64,000 bases of DNA from Candidatus Helarchaeota archaeon (lineage in GTDB: Archaea; Asgardarchaeota; Lokiarchaeia; Helarchaeales; RDOG01), in assembly GCA_019058315.1 (NCBI GenBank), contig JAHPZH010000006.1, positions 160,001 through 224,000 on the forward strand, read 5' to 3'. A program made the position numbers and the translations under genes. The first letter of the stretch is position 1. The number at the start of each line of letters is the position of its first letter. The notes beneath the pieces are model-generated. The model did not search any database. It was given only the letters and a program-made list of their open reading frames with translations, and had not been told where the DNA came from. Of this stretch, positions 19,469 to 31,200 are shown piece after piece.

Positions 19469-22075
19469 ATGGATAAAAAAACCGAAAAAAAATTTAGTTG
19501 TGTTATCGTCCCTTCAATCAAGACTATTTTAAAATCGAAAATATTATTTTTTCAGACACAAAAACGTCAAAGAACAATTAATATAACACCCTTTATGGAT
19601 TTAAAGGTTGAATTCCATTTTATTAACGAAAATAATTTAAGACCTTTAAAAATTAAACACCCTGATGGCCTTTATATGCAACATAAACCTTTTATGAAGC
19701 TATTAAAGGATGCTGAAACAATATATGTGCCTGAAAAATTTCGTGATAAAATTTTAGATATTTCAAATATGCTCAAATCATATCAATTGAATCATGAAAT
19801 AAAACAATTTTGTAGGCTATGTTTATTAAAAAATAAAGTATCTATACTTGACGATAAAAATTCAATATTAAGTTATAATGAATTCCTTTGTCCCAACTGT
19901 GCATTAGACGAATTAATGAATGAATTAAAATTTCTTGGTTTTAAACCATCAAAACCCTTTCTAGATCGGATGCAAAATATATTATTGGATTTAAAGGATC
20001 TTAAGAAAGTCCTTCCTATACTTAAACCAAATTTTGATGCTTTTAAAAATCAAGAATTGACATTTTATAATGAAATTAAGGCAAGCACTAAAAAATCAGG
20101 TTATTCAAAGGTTGAAGATTTAAATATTCCTGAAGAATTTATTGAAGTTCTCAAAAAAAGTGGTTATGAAGAGTTACTACCTGTTCAAGATTTAGCAATT
20201 CAAAGTGGTTTATTTGAAAATAAAAATTTGTTAATTGTCTCATCGACTAGTTCTGGAAAGACATTAATTGGTGAACTGGCAGGAGTTGCTAAAATTATTA
20301 AAGAACGAAAATATAAGAAATCTAATGGGTGCTTAGTTTTTTTAAACCCATTAAAAGCAATGTGTAATCAACAAAAATTAAGATTCACTGAAAGATATTC
20401 AAAATTGGGAATAAAAATTGCAATTAGAGTTGGGATGTCCCAATTAAATGTCAAAAATGAAGATTTAGTTATTGTAGATGACGATTTTGAAGCCGCGGAT
20501 ATAATAACTGCAACTTATGAAGCATTTGATTATTTATTAAGGAAAGGTAATATAAAAAATGAAATAAAGCAAATTTCAACATTAGTTTTTGATGAATTTC
20601 AAATGATTGGGGATGAAGAAAGGGGTCCCATATTAAATGGTTTAATATCACGAATAAAAATATTATTTCCAGATACTCAAATAATTGGTTTATCTGCAAC
20701 TATTAAAAATGTCAGAGAAGTAGCTAAAAAATTTGATCTAATTCCAATTATATATAACGAACGCCCTGTTACTCTTGAACGTCATCTAGTTTTATGTAAA
20801 ACAGAACATGACAAACTGTTTAATCTTGCTAAACTTATTCGTGGAGAATATAAACATAGAAGTTCATTCAAATTTTATGGATCATCTATAGTATTTACTA
20901 ATTCCAGATTAAGATCACATTTAATATCAAATGAATTATCGAATAAGCATGGCTTACATATAGTTGCTTATCATGCTGGTTTATCTTATTTTCAAAGAAA
21001 AGCAATAGAATTTGCATATGAACATGGACAATATCAGGCTATTATAACTACCTATGCATTAGGAGCTGGATTCGATTCACCAGCATCTCAAGTTATTTTT
21101 GAATCTTTATTTATGGGCATAAATGCGATTACTCCAAATGAATTTCACCAAATGTCTGGTCGTGCTGGTCGTTATAAAATGCATGATATGGGAAAGGTTA
21201 TACTCTTGGCAGAAATTGGAAAAACGCTTCATGCAGAAAAAATGAGTGAGGATCAAATCGCACTTTTCTTATTAGAAAGTCAACCAGAAGACTTGGATCC
21301 TCTATATGAACCAGAAAAAATTATTGGAGAGGTTTTAGCTTCAATCACCACAGGTTTAAAGAATTTTGACGAAATTGAAAGTTTTTATGATAATATATTT
21401 AATGCAGAAGAAAATCTAAATGTTATATTGGAAAATCTTGAATCAAAAAAGCTAATTTATAAAGAAAATGAAGCATTTTACGTTTCTAATTTAGGTAAAG
21501 CTATTGCTCTATCTTTCTTTACCCCAGAGGAGGCACTCTTAATAATTAAAGAATTGAAATTAAATTTAGATCCTTTAAACATTGCTATAACTTCAGATTA
21601 TTTTGAAAATATCTATATTTCTGAAAAAATTAGAAATGAAATGACTAAAATATATAAAACTCAAATTCCAGCAAGATTTTTTTCCTCCACTATTATTGAT
21701 TTTGCTGAATTATTGAAAAAACGTAAAAAAAATGCACCACCATGGCTTTTAGACCTTGTTATGAAATGGTATTTCAATTTTTTTAATTGCGAATGTGAAG
21801 ATAGACCATATTGTGAATGTCAATATTTAAAATCTGACCAAAAAATTGTGGAATTTCGATTTGAAGGATTAAGTCCTACGGAAATTAGCAATAAAATGGA
21901 AAAAGAATTTGGATTAACAGTCTATGCTGGTGATATATTTAGATTTCTAGATAATTTAATCTATAAACTTAATGGAATTAGCATGATAGCTGAGAGTATC
22001 GGCTTAATAGAAATAAAAGAAAAAATAAATAATCTAAAAAGAAGAATAGAAAATCCTTCAGGATTTAATGGTTAG
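19469..22075 (+). CDS. Archaea-specific SF2 helicase (ASH-Ski2, DUF5814 C-terminus)
   Basis: LLPVQ, TSSGKTLIGELAG, DEFQ, LSAT, YHAGL, QMSGRAGR, N-terminal CxxC/CxxC, C-terminal CECEDRPYCEC. Confidence 0.88.
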   Translation: MDKKTEKKFSCVIVPSIKTILKSKILFFQTQKRQRTINITPFMDLKVEFHFINENNLRPLKIKHPDGLYMQHKPFMKLLKDAETIYVPEKFRDKILDISNMLKSYQLNHEIKQFCRLCLLKNKVSILDDKNSILSYNEFLCPNCALDELMNELKFLGFKPSKPFLDRMQNILLDLKDLKKVLPILKPNFDAFKNQELTFYNEIKASTKKSGYSKVEDLNIPEEFIEVLKKSGYEELLPVQDLAIQSGLFENKNLLIVSSTSSGKTLIGELAGVAKIIKERKYKKSNGCLVFLNPLKAMCNQQKLRFTERYSKLGIKIAIRVGMSQLNVKNEDLVIVDDDFEAADIITATYEAFDYLLRKGNIKNEIKQISTLVFDEFQMIGDEERGPILNGLISRIKILFPDTQIIGLSATIKNVREVAKKFDLIPIIYNERPVTLERHLVLCKTEHDKLFNLAKLIRGEYKHRSSFKFYGSSIVFTNSRLRSHLISNELSNKHGLHIVAYHAGLSYFQRKAIEFAYEHGQYQAIITTYALGAGFDSPASQVIFESLFMGINAITPNEFHQMSGRAGRYKMHDMGKVILLAEIGKTLHAEKMSEDQIALFLLESQPEDLDPLYEPEKIIGEVLASITTGLKNFDEIESFYDNIFNAEENLNVILENLESKKLIYKENEAFYVSNLGKAIALSFFTPEEALLIIKELKLNLDPLNIAITSDYFENIYISEKIRNEMTKIYKTQIPARFFSSTIIDFAELLKKRKKNAPPWLLDLVMKWYFNFFNCECEDRPYCECQYLKSDQKIVEFRFEGLSPTEISNKMEKEFGLTVYAGDIFRFLDNLIYKLNGISMIAESIGLIEIKEKINNLKRRIENPSGFNG

Positions 22076-22117
22076 GAGAAATTAAAAAAAGTTCTTAAAA
22101 TTTTTAAAATACTAATT

Positions 22118-23713
22118 CTATCGAAAATATTGAATTAATCCATAAATTAATTCAATTCCACCAAAAATCCAAAATGGAACACTTAACCAATAAAACTCTG
22201 GAACTAAAGTCGTAGCTCCAATAATTGTAAAAATTAAACCGATAGTAATTCCCATTATCCCAAATCCAATATCATAAAATCCGCTTTTTCTGGGATCTTC
22301 ACTTGGAAATCTCCTTATTTTGATAATTGAACCAATTACAGGGAAAGTTAGGACAACAGGAAATAGAACTAATGCAATTACAGTAGGTGTTAATATTTCA
22401 ACACTTAGACTGATATTTGGAGATCCTATGGTTTGAAAGATGCCAGTTGCATTAAATAGAATAATAGTAAGGAAAATAAAAGTAATAAGACGATAAATCA
22501 TACTTACTACGGTAGATCCTAAAACTTTAGAAATATTTGGAGATACTGCAACTGCGGCTAAACTTTGTTTCGCTTTTAAATTTTGTTCAAACCGCTCTTC
22601 TATATATAATTGTAAATGTTGAGCATCATCATCATCCAATAATTCATCGCTCCTTTTTTTCCTTAGTTTATACTGTTCTTTTTCTAATTTCTTTCTTTTT
22701 TCCATCATCTCTCTTAAATAATCAAAAGCCTCACTTGAAAAGAATCTTCTTACTGATATTGAATGAATTTCTACAGTTGGTTCTTTTTCTTCAATTTTAG
22801 CTTCCTTTATTTTTTCAATTCGTGTTTCCAATTTATCAATCTGCATTTGTAATCTTTTACTTCTTTCTCTTGTTGGAAAATATATTTCTTGAAAATAACT
22901 AGTTTGGAGACTTATTTCTAAAAAGATTAAAGCAAAGAATGTGGACAAGAATTCAGGACTAATTAAATATGTTGAAATTGGTGTATAATAATACGCATAA
23001 ATTAAAAGCCCAATTACATTTTGTAAATCTTCTGGAATTAGACTAGAAAAGTATAATAAATTTAATATTGTATGGTAAATATATGGTCTTAATCGTATTG
23101 ATAACGAAAGATTGGATAGATCCATTATAATAAATAAAAAATCTGGAAAATAAGGTTGTATAAACGTATTGATAAAGACGCTACTTATGATTATTAGGAA
23201 GAAATAAAGAACAGCTGTCATTTTTTTCTTTATAATTGAATGAATTAAAAAGGCAGAAAATACTACCAACAACCCAATAAATGCAATACTCACAAACAAT
23301 CCTATTAAATTAGCTAGATCTGGAGTTACTACCCAAGTCATAAAAAAATTATCAAATAATTCAACAAATATTGGAGTTATTGCTGCCATTAATATAATCA
23401 TTACGATAAAAATAAAGCTCACAATACTCCAATTTGAATTTCTGGTGTATACAAAATATATTAAAAATATAATTGATGAAATCAAAAAAATGATAAATAT
23501 AGATCGATAAAAAGATGTAAAAAAGGGAAAATTCGGTACTCCTGCCATTGTAAAGAGCATAGTCCCTAAATATCCACAAAATTGAATAAATGCAGAGAAA
23601 TTGAAAACATTTGCGGAGAAAACAGATGAAAGTCCTGCTACTGCAAATATATAAGTTATTATTGTTAAAATTAAAAGCATAATTACTGAACTGAAGAATT
23701 TATTCTGCTCCAT
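22118..23713 (-). CDS. Multi-pass membrane protein with cytoplasmic coiled coil; last gene of the MoxR operon
   Basis: Many hydrophobic segments and a charged central region; start overlaps the DUF58 stop. Confidence 0.7.
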   Translation of the reverse strand: MEQNKFFSSVIMLLILTIITYIFAVAGLSSVFSANVFNFSAFIQFCGYLGTMLFTMAGVPNFPFFTSFYRSIFIIFLISSIIFLIYFVYTRNSNWSIVSFIFIVMIILMAAITPIFVELFDNFFMTWVVTPDLANLIGLFVSIAFIGLLVVFSAFLIHSIIKKKMTAVLYFFLIIISSVFINTFIQPYFPDFLFIIMDLSNLSLSIRLRPYIYHTILNLLYFSSLIPEDLQNVIGLLIYAYYYTPISTYLISPEFLSTFFALIFLEISLQTSYFQEIYFPTRERSKRLQMQIDKLETRIEKIKEAKIEEKEPTVEIHSISVRRFFSSEAFDYLREMMEKRKKLEKEQYKLRKKRSDELLDDDDAQHLQLYIEERFEQNLKAKQSLAAVAVSPNISKVLGSTVVSMIYRLITFIFLTIILFNATGIFQTIGSPNISLSVEILTPTVIALVLFPVVLTFPVIGSIIKIRRFPSEDPRKSGFYDIGFGIMGITIGLIFTIIGATTLVPEFYWLSVPFWIFGGIELIYGLIQYFR

Positions 23714-25035
23714 TAGATTAGCCCCATCCCCTTCCTTTTTGCTTTCAAGAATTCAGATATTATTGTAGGAAAGTAATCCGCAGGTGAAACATTTATTACA
23801 CTTACTTCTAGACGAGCCAAAGATCGAATGGTAGTCATTCTTTTTTCCCACAACTCTTCTGCGATTGCCTGTGTAAGTGCTATATCTACTGGTCTTAACT
23901 CTTCAGGTCTTGCTTCAAACCATGGACCAAAAGGACTTATAATTATTATATTGTGATCATATGACCTTGCAAGTTGTATAGCTTTTAAAAATTCATCCTT
24001 TATATCTTCCATATCAGTTAATAAGAAAAAAAAACTGCTTTTAGGAAGTCTTTTCACCGCAAAATCCATCGCTTCATATAAGACTTTTTTTCCTGATGCC
24101 TGAACTTTAGATAAATTATCTAAAATTTTAAAAAAATTATCACGACCTGGTTTTGGAGGTAAATAATAATGCATTTTATCAGAAAAAATTAAGAGTCCTA
24201 TAGAGTCTCTTCTTTCTTGGGCTAAATTTGCAAGTAATACACTTGCTCTAATTGAATATTCAAGTTTATCTTCTTCTATTTTTCCTCTTGACATAGAACT
24301 CGAAGCATCTAATAGAATTAGAAATCGAATATTTTTTTCTGATTCAAATTCTCTCACCATGTGTTTTCCCGTTCTTGCTGTTGCTTTCCAATCAATTCTT
24401 CTATATTCATCTGCTGTGATGTAAGGACGAATTCCATAAAATTCAGATCCATATCCTTTTTGTCTGGTTGCATGAGTTCCAAACATTAGACCTTGACGTC
24501 GTCGACTGGCAAATGCTTTCATCCTTCGGACATCCTCATAACTCGGATATACTATAATTTCTGTAATATTTCTAACTTTAGATGATTCAAAGTGAAAACC
24601 CAAACGATCTCTTATAATAACTTGTATAGGACCTAAGTTATATGCGCCTCTGTTTTTTGCCATTAGTACATAAGAAAATTCTATTTCCTGGCCCGTATCT
24701 AAACGTGTATCTATCCAATTTTCTCCTAATGCTAAGATAAAATTTTCTGGATAGATATCATGAACTTCAATAAATTCATAGCTTCTTTTTCCTATATTTC
24801 TTAATTTAACTGTCACATGTAAAAAATCGTTGGCAAATACCTTTTCCTTGTCCAAAGTTCTTTCAAATTCTATATCTTTCATATCAACAGAATATTCAAA
24901 TAATGGAATTGAAATTACGGTGCTCAAAACACAAAAAATACCTAGAAATATTAAATAGTAATTCGTTAATGAAAAACCTAATAATAGAAAAAAAAGTCCA
25001 GCAAGAATTAGAATCCTAGCCCGAATTGTTAACAT
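23713..25035 (-). CDS. DUF58 vWA-domain protein
   Basis: GSEFYGIRPY..DEYRRIDWKATAR, VREFESE, MIDAS DASSS; N-terminal TM. Confidence 0.93.
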   Translation of the reverse strand: MLTIRARILILAGLFFLLLGFSLTNYYLIFLGIFCVLSTVISIPLFEYSVDMKDIEFERTLDKEKVFANDFLHVTVKLRNIGKRSYEFIEVHDIYPENFILALGENWIDTRLDTGQEIEFSYVLMAKNRGAYNLGPIQVIIRDRLGFHFESSKVRNITEIIVYPSYEDVRRMKAFASRRRQGLMFGTHATRQKGYGSEFYGIRPYITADEYRRIDWKATARTGKHMVREFESEKNIRFLILLDASSSMSRGKIEEDKLEYSIRASVLLANLAQERRDSIGLLIFSDKMHYYLPPKPGRDNFFKILDNLSKVQASGKKVLYEAMDFAVKRLPKSSFFFLLTDMEDIKDEFLKAIQLARSYDHNIIIISPFGPWFEARPEELRPVDIALTQAIAEELWEKRMTTIRSLARLEVSVINVSPADYFPTIISEFLKAKRKGMGLI

Positions 25036-25058
25036 CGATAAATTTGCCTCAAAATATT

Positions 25059-26009
25059 TTATGTTGGGACAGTTACTTCATTGAGCATATCAGAAATCAC
25101 TTTATCTAAAGATAATCCTCCTAGCTCTACTTCGGGTTTTAATATTATTCGATGTAAAAGGACATGCTTTGCGATGGCTTTGATATCGTCAGGCGTACAA
25201 TAATCTCGTCCTAATATAGCCCCTCTAGCTTTAGCTCCTTTTAATAATGCTATAGAAACTCTAGGACTTCCTCCAAGAAGAACTCGAGGTTCATTTCTCG
25301 TTTTAAATACTATATCTTTAATAAAGTCCATAATATCTTCATCAACGTGTATTGTTTTAACAGCTTCTTGCATAGCTGCAATTGTCTCTTGATTTGTCAC
25401 ACTTTCAACTTCAACTTCTTTTGGATTATGCATCATTTTTATTAGATCAACTTCTTCTTTTTCAGTGGGGTATTCTACCATAAGTTTGAATAGAAATCTA
25501 TCTACTTGAGCTTCGGGTAGAGGATATGTTCCTTCCATCTCGACTGGATTTTGTGTTGCTACCACCATAAAAGGTGGAGCTAAAACATGTCTATTTCCTT
25601 CTATGGTCACTTGTTTTTCTTGCATGCATTCGAGGAGAGCTGATTGTGTTTTTGGTGGTGCCCTATTAATTTCATCAGCAAGAACTATATTTGCAAAAAT
25701 AGGACCTTTTCTTAACACAAAATCCCCAGTTTTTGCATCTAGTACATTTGTACCTATAATATCTGCAGGTAACATATCAGGAGTAAACTGGATTCTTTTA
25801 AAAGAACAACCAAGCACTTTAGCAAAATTTTTTGCCATGTGTGTTTTTGCAACGCCAGGGACACCTTCAAGAAGAACATGTTCATTGCAAAGTAATGCAA
25901 TAAAAATATTCTGGATAACTTCTCCTTTTCCTACAACTGCCTTTCTAACTTCTGATAAGATTCTTTGTGCGTTATCTCTGACATCTTTTATTGATAAAGT
26001 CAAACTCAT
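25059..26009 (-). CDS. moxR: MoxR-family AAA+ ATPase
   Basis: LEGVPGVAKT, RIQFTPDMLPADI, DEINRAPPKTQSALLE, ATQNPVE, GTYPLPEAQVDRF. Confidence 0.97.
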   Translation of the reverse strand: MSLTLSIKDVRDNAQRILSEVRKAVVGKGEVIQNIFIALLCNEHVLLEGVPGVAKTHMAKNFAKVLGCSFKRIQFTPDMLPADIIGTNVLDAKTGDFVLRKGPIFANIVLADEINRAPPKTQSALLECMQEKQVTIEGNRHVLAPPFMVVATQNPVEMEGTYPLPEAQVDRFLFKLMVEYPTEKEEVDLIKMMHNPKEVEVESVTNQETIAAMQEAVKTIHVDEDIMDFIKDIVFKTRNEPRVLLGGSPRVSIALLKGAKARGAILGRDYCTPDDIKAIAKHVLLHRIILKPEVELGGLSLDKVISDMLNEVTVPT

Positions 26010-26051
26010 CTTTAAAATCTTCCTTATATATTTTTTATAATATTTCGATTT

Positions 26052-27779
26052 TTATTTTATTTGATCATAACACCATTTCATTTCATTAAATGCTTGCAAA
26101 AATGTAGTTGGATTTGTTATTTTCATCAATTTTTTATCAACACGTTCAAATTTAGTTAAATCACGTTTTAACCTAGTAATATTAACGTGTGGTTTAATAT
26201 CCTTGATAATTTCAATAATTTGATTAGGATCATAACTTCTTATGTTAATACTTTGAATTATATTTCTTTTAAATCGTCTATATAATAAACTAATAGCCTT
26301 ATTATATTGTCTTTTTCTTTTAAACCATTTCATTCTTTCACTAAATATGGATTCACCCTTTGTTTTGACAATTTTAGATTTTTTAATGATTTTTGTTTTT
26401 TCAATCTTTGGTATCCATCTACTAACAAGGGCATAAAATAACAAAGGTAATACAGGGACTAGTAATATAAATCCAGAAGATGCATTTATAAATCGTAATA
26501 TTAAACCAAAGAAGGAAGGAAAAACCTTTTGTTGCTTTGATTCATCAAAAACAACAAAATGAGGTGTATTATTAGCCAGATTATTAAGTAAATTCATAGC
26601 AAACTTATCGTTATCATATTCTTCTGAAAAAGCAAATAAATTAGTAAAAATTTGTGGTTGTGTGGTGATTATTATTCTCTGATTGGCACTCACGCATGAA
26701 ATCCAAAAAGAACCATTAGAATCCATTATATCATGGAAATAATTCGCATTAGCATCTACCCATGATGTTGGATTAGTTTTGGCAATTATTTTTGATGTAG
26801 TAATATTAAATTGATTATTTAACATATCTAAGATTGCTGCATTAATTTCATAGGTATTGCTAATATCGAAAGGTACTCCTGTAATATTTTCTATTGCATC
26901 AAACAAAGGATTTTTTTCTCCAGACTTTAATAAATTTTCCCAGCCGGATATACCAAAGTCGATACCTAAATTTAATGGAGTAGGTCTTGTAACTAATATC
27001 TTATCAACTTCATCATCTTTATCATTATAAGGATCTCCATTATAAGGATATCTTATATCTGTTATAATCATTCCATAAGGTATCTCATTAACTAATAAAT
27101 TTTCTAAAAATACTGCATTATTCGAATTATTATCGTCATATATTGCGGCAGAATAAATACCGTTCTCAATCCAATAAGAAAATTTTGGAGATTTTAGTGG
27201 TACTTCATTAAAAATAAAATTTGTTAATTTATTCGGATCTGTGAAAAAAGGATCCTCAAGCACTTTTGATATATTAAATCCAGCCCTTGTAAAGTTTAAG
27301 AATAAATCATACATTGTTTCTTTTACAGGGTCTACAAAATAACTACTCATTAAATTATTTAATAAAATGAGTTCTGAACCAGTGCCAAAATTAGATGCTA
27401 GTAATAGTTTACCCCCATTTCCAACAAAATTGAGCAATGTTATTATTTCAAATGGATCAAAAAATTGCACTGGTGCTATTTCAACAAGTATTGTATTCTT
27501 GCTTGGTAAAATATACAATGAATTCAATGATGATGTAATTGTTAATGGAATATGCCCAGATTCTGCAGCAGCTTTATAAAAAAATATTGAACTTCCTTTT
27601 AAACCATTATTAAAAATCGAATAATCATTTTCTTGTATAAAAAGATTTTCAAAAGGTGATAAAACGAAAGGTAGCAAAGAAATACCAAAAACTACAAAAA
27701 GAATAATTGTTTTACCACCTATACGACCTTCTTTTTCTTTCTTTTTTTTCTTTTCCTTTTTTTTAGTTTTCTTTTCCAT
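26052..27779 (-). CDS. DUF4350-like membrane-anchored protein
   Basis: Polybasic N-terminus plus TM, DYSIFNNG..G, FVGNGGKLLLA, IFTN, VVFDESK, C-terminal TM; operon context. Confidence 0.7.
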   Translation of the reverse strand: MEKKTKKKEKKKKKEKEGRIGGKTIILFVVFGISLLPFVLSPFENLFIQENDYSIFNNGLKGSSIFFYKAAAESGHIPLTITSSLNSLYILPSKNTILVEIAPVQFFDPFEIITLLNFVGNGGKLLLASNFGTGSELILLNNLMSSYFVDPVKETMYDLFLNFTRAGFNISKVLEDPFFTDPNKLTNFIFNEVPLKSPKFSYWIENGIYSAAIYDDNNSNNAVFLENLLVNEIPYGMIITDIRYPYNGDPYNDKDDEVDKILVTRPTPLNLGIDFGISGWENLLKSGEKNPLFDAIENITGVPFDISNTYEINAAILDMLNNQFNITTSKIIAKTNPTSWVDANANYFHDIMDSNGSFWISCVSANQRIIITTQPQIFTNLFAFSEEYDNDKFAMNLLNNLANNTPHFVVFDESKQQKVFPSFFGLILRFINASSGFILLVPVLPLLFYALVSRWIPKIEKTKIIKKSKIVKTKGESIFSERMKWFKRKRQYNKAISLLYRRFKRNIIQSINIRSYDPNQIIEIIKDIKPHVNITRLKRDLTKFERVDKKLMKITNPTTFLQAFNEMKWCYDQIK

Positions 27780-27795
27780 TGATTAAAAACACCAA

Positions 27796-28179
27796 TTAAC
27801 TCTTTGGAACTACTTCAACTCTTACAAGTTCCCCAACAATTACTTGGAATAATTTACCAAACATTCGATTAGCCTCTGAATATGCACTAGGTGATATACT
27901 GTGACTAGAATACCTTGCTTCTTCATATAAAGTTGTAAATGGATAAACAAGGGTAGGATCTAATTTTGTATCCTTTATAATTCCCATAATAAATTCTCTA
28001 AAGGTTTGACTTTTTGTTGGAGCTTTGTTTAAATGCCCCTTAATTAATTCTATAAAGATTTGATAGGAATATATCACAGCCTCTCTAAATCTTTTTCCGT
28101 CGATTAAGGATTTTAATTGTTTTTCTACTTTTTTAACATCAATTGCTTTTGTTTTTAATCTTCTACGAGATCTTGCCAT
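27796..28179 (-). CDS. Stand-alone DUF4129-like protein
   Basis: SQTFREF, TTLYEEARYSSH; near-copy of the C-terminus of the upstream gene. Confidence 0.8.
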   Translation of the reverse strand: MARSRRRLKTKAIDVKKVEKQLKSLIDGKRFREAVIYSYQIFIELIKGHLNKAPTKSQTFREFIMGIIKDTKLDPTLVYPFTTLYEEARYSSHSISPSAYSEANRMFGKLFQVIVGELVRVEVVPKS

Positions 28180-28206
28180 TTTTTATCATATCCAAATATT
28201 TTATTA

Positions 28207-31200
28207 TCATTCTATTTTAGGTATATTATTCTCCATTGGAGGTATTTCAGGCTCAGGTTCTTCTTCCTCAATTTCTATTTGTTCAAGTTCAAATGATTTT
28301 CTTATTAACTTTTCAAATAATTTATATGTATTCGTATAAATGGATTGAGTAATTAAATGATTTGAAAAGCGAGCTTCTTCATAATTCGTGGTGAATGGAT
28401 ATATAAGATTAGGATCTAATTCTATTTTGGTTACTAATGAAGTCATCAATTCACGAAATGTTAAACCGGGAAGAGGTGGTTTTTTTAATTTTTCTAAAAT
28501 TTTACTAAAGAAAATTTGGTAGAGAAAAACTATCGCTTCCTTATATCTATTTCCATCAATTAATGATTTTAATTTTTTTTGAAAATTACTAATCTGGATA
28601 GATTCTATAAACCTTTCAATTTGTAATTTTCGATGATACAATTTTCCAATAATAATAACCACAACTACCACTACTGCAATTATAACGATAATCCAGACCC
28701 AATTATAATTCTCAGGTTGCGTATAACCTAATATGGTAATTTCATTGGACTCATATGCGGAACTTCCCTCAAAATACGCTTGAAATGTAAACACAGGACC
28801 AATAATAGGCATTATAAAGATAAATTCTCCACTTGAATCAGTTTTAAAATTTCCAATAGTCTGACCAAACATTTTTAATTCAACTGATCTCCCCATAATT
28901 TTTAACGAATTATTAGCATCATATGCTTTTCCAATAACTACCACAAAACTTCCTACAATTACTATTGGAGTTGGAGTCGAAAGTTTAACACGCGGGTCTG
29001 AAAAAATATTGATATTTCGTGTTAAGGATGTATTTAAATAATATCCCGAACTATTAAAGACCACTGTAATATTATGATTACCAACTGCTGCTATTGGGAT
29101 AGTACAATTAATTATAAAATAACCATTAATTCCTATTATAGGAGGGATGATAGATAATTGGGTTGAATTCATGAAAATACTTATATAATTCTTATATCCT
29201 GGAATTTGTTGGTTTATATTATCAGTAATTCTACCACTAATAATAATAAACTCACCCACACGGAAAGAATTGTAATTAAAACTTAATTGCTTAATAGCAC
29301 TAGTGGTATTAATTGAAATAGTATTTGAAATATCTCCTTGTAAAATGAAATAAATCGGATTTGTGATTGTTGCATTTATTATATATGTTCCTAGAATATA
29401 CGAACTCGGAATTATAAAAGTTATATTGAAATGACCTGTCTCATTTGTTATTGTTGATTGAATTGACTGATTATTAAGCAGAATTAAAATTTGCTCATTC
29501 GATATATTAAATGCCGAATCATTATGTGTAACTTGCCCAGAAATGAAAAGTGCAGTAACTCCCCTAAATACTGAGTTGGGGGTAACATTAGAAATGGAAA
29601 TGTTTACCCAAATATACTTTAATGTAATAAAATTTGATATATCATCTTGCCAAATATAATATGAAGAGTTTGTTGTGGTAGCATTAATTAAATAAATACC
29701 CGGAGTTGCAGTTATTGGAATTATAAAAGTTGAGTTAAAATATCCAGTGCTATTTGTTGTAGTATTTACAACATTCGTATTATTAAGCAGAATTTCAATT
29801 ATTTCTCCGTTTGGAATTGTATTTAAGGACCCATTTATTAAAACACGTCCAGATATGAAGAGTTGCGTTTTTCCCATATAAACAGTGTTAGGAGTTACAT
29901 TAGATATTGAGAAGTTCACCCAAATAGGATTGACTTGAATAATATTGGATATATCATCCTGCCAAATATAATACGAAGAATTAGTCGTTGTAGCATTAAT
30001 TATGTAAATACCAGGAGTTTGAGTTATAGGAATGATAAATGTTGAGTTGAAATGACCAGTGCTATTTGTAGTAGTATTTACAATATTCGTATTATTGAGT
30101 AGAATAGCAATTATTTCCCCTGCTGGAATAGTATTGGAAGTACCATTAATTAAGACACGTCCAGATATAAAAATTGGATCTACACCCCTAATCACTGAGT
30201 TGGGGGTGACATTAGATATCGAGAAGTTCACCCAAGTAGGATTGACTTGAATAATATTAGATATATCATCTTGCCAAATATAATATGAAGAGTTTGTTGT
30301 TGTAGCATTAATTATGTAAAATCCGGGAGTTTGAGTAATTGGAACGATAAAAGTTGAGTTGAAATGACCAGTGCCATTTGTAGTGGTATTTATAATATTC
30401 AAATTATTTAGTAAAATTGAAATTACCTCCCCAGCTGCAATAGTATTAGAAGTACCATTAATTAAGACACGTCCAGATATAAAAATTGGATTTATACCTC
30501 TAACTACTGAAAGGGGAGTTACATTATCAATTGAAAAGTTCAAAAAAGTTGGATATAAAGTGAGATTATTCCAATTTGTGTCATCTTTAAAAGGATAATA
30601 TGTAATATTTGTGGTTGTGGCGTTTACTGTATAGAGTCCTGGAGAGACTGATAATGGAATTATAAATGTTTTATTAAAATATCCTGTCATATTTGTGGTT
30701 GTATTTATAGATATAGGAGAATTATTAAATAGAATTGAAATTACTTCATTCGAAATATTCATTTGTCCATCTTTATGAACCACTCTTCCCGAAATAAAAA
30801 CGTTTGTTACTCCTCTTCTTGGATCGAGTGGATTGACTTCGAATATGGTGAAATTAACACGAATAACTGCTGGAGGATCGGGAATTACAGAAGAATTCAT
30901 AAAATAGGGAGAGGTAATTGAAGTATTAACTTTGATTGTAACATTTACACCCGCTTCATGATCTGAAGGAATAAAATATGTTATTGAGTAAAATCCATTT
31001 GCAATGGTTGTATTTGTTCCAACAAAGAATTCTCCCGATGAATTTGTCTCATAAGCATTGACAATTTGACCCGGTAGTCCAGTTCCATTATCTAACAATA
31101 AATTCCCATAAATAGTAAAATTTTCACCAAGAGGTAATACTGAGGGATTGAAATTTTTTGTCAAAGAAGTGTTAGCCATTAATATTAAGTCAAATTCACT

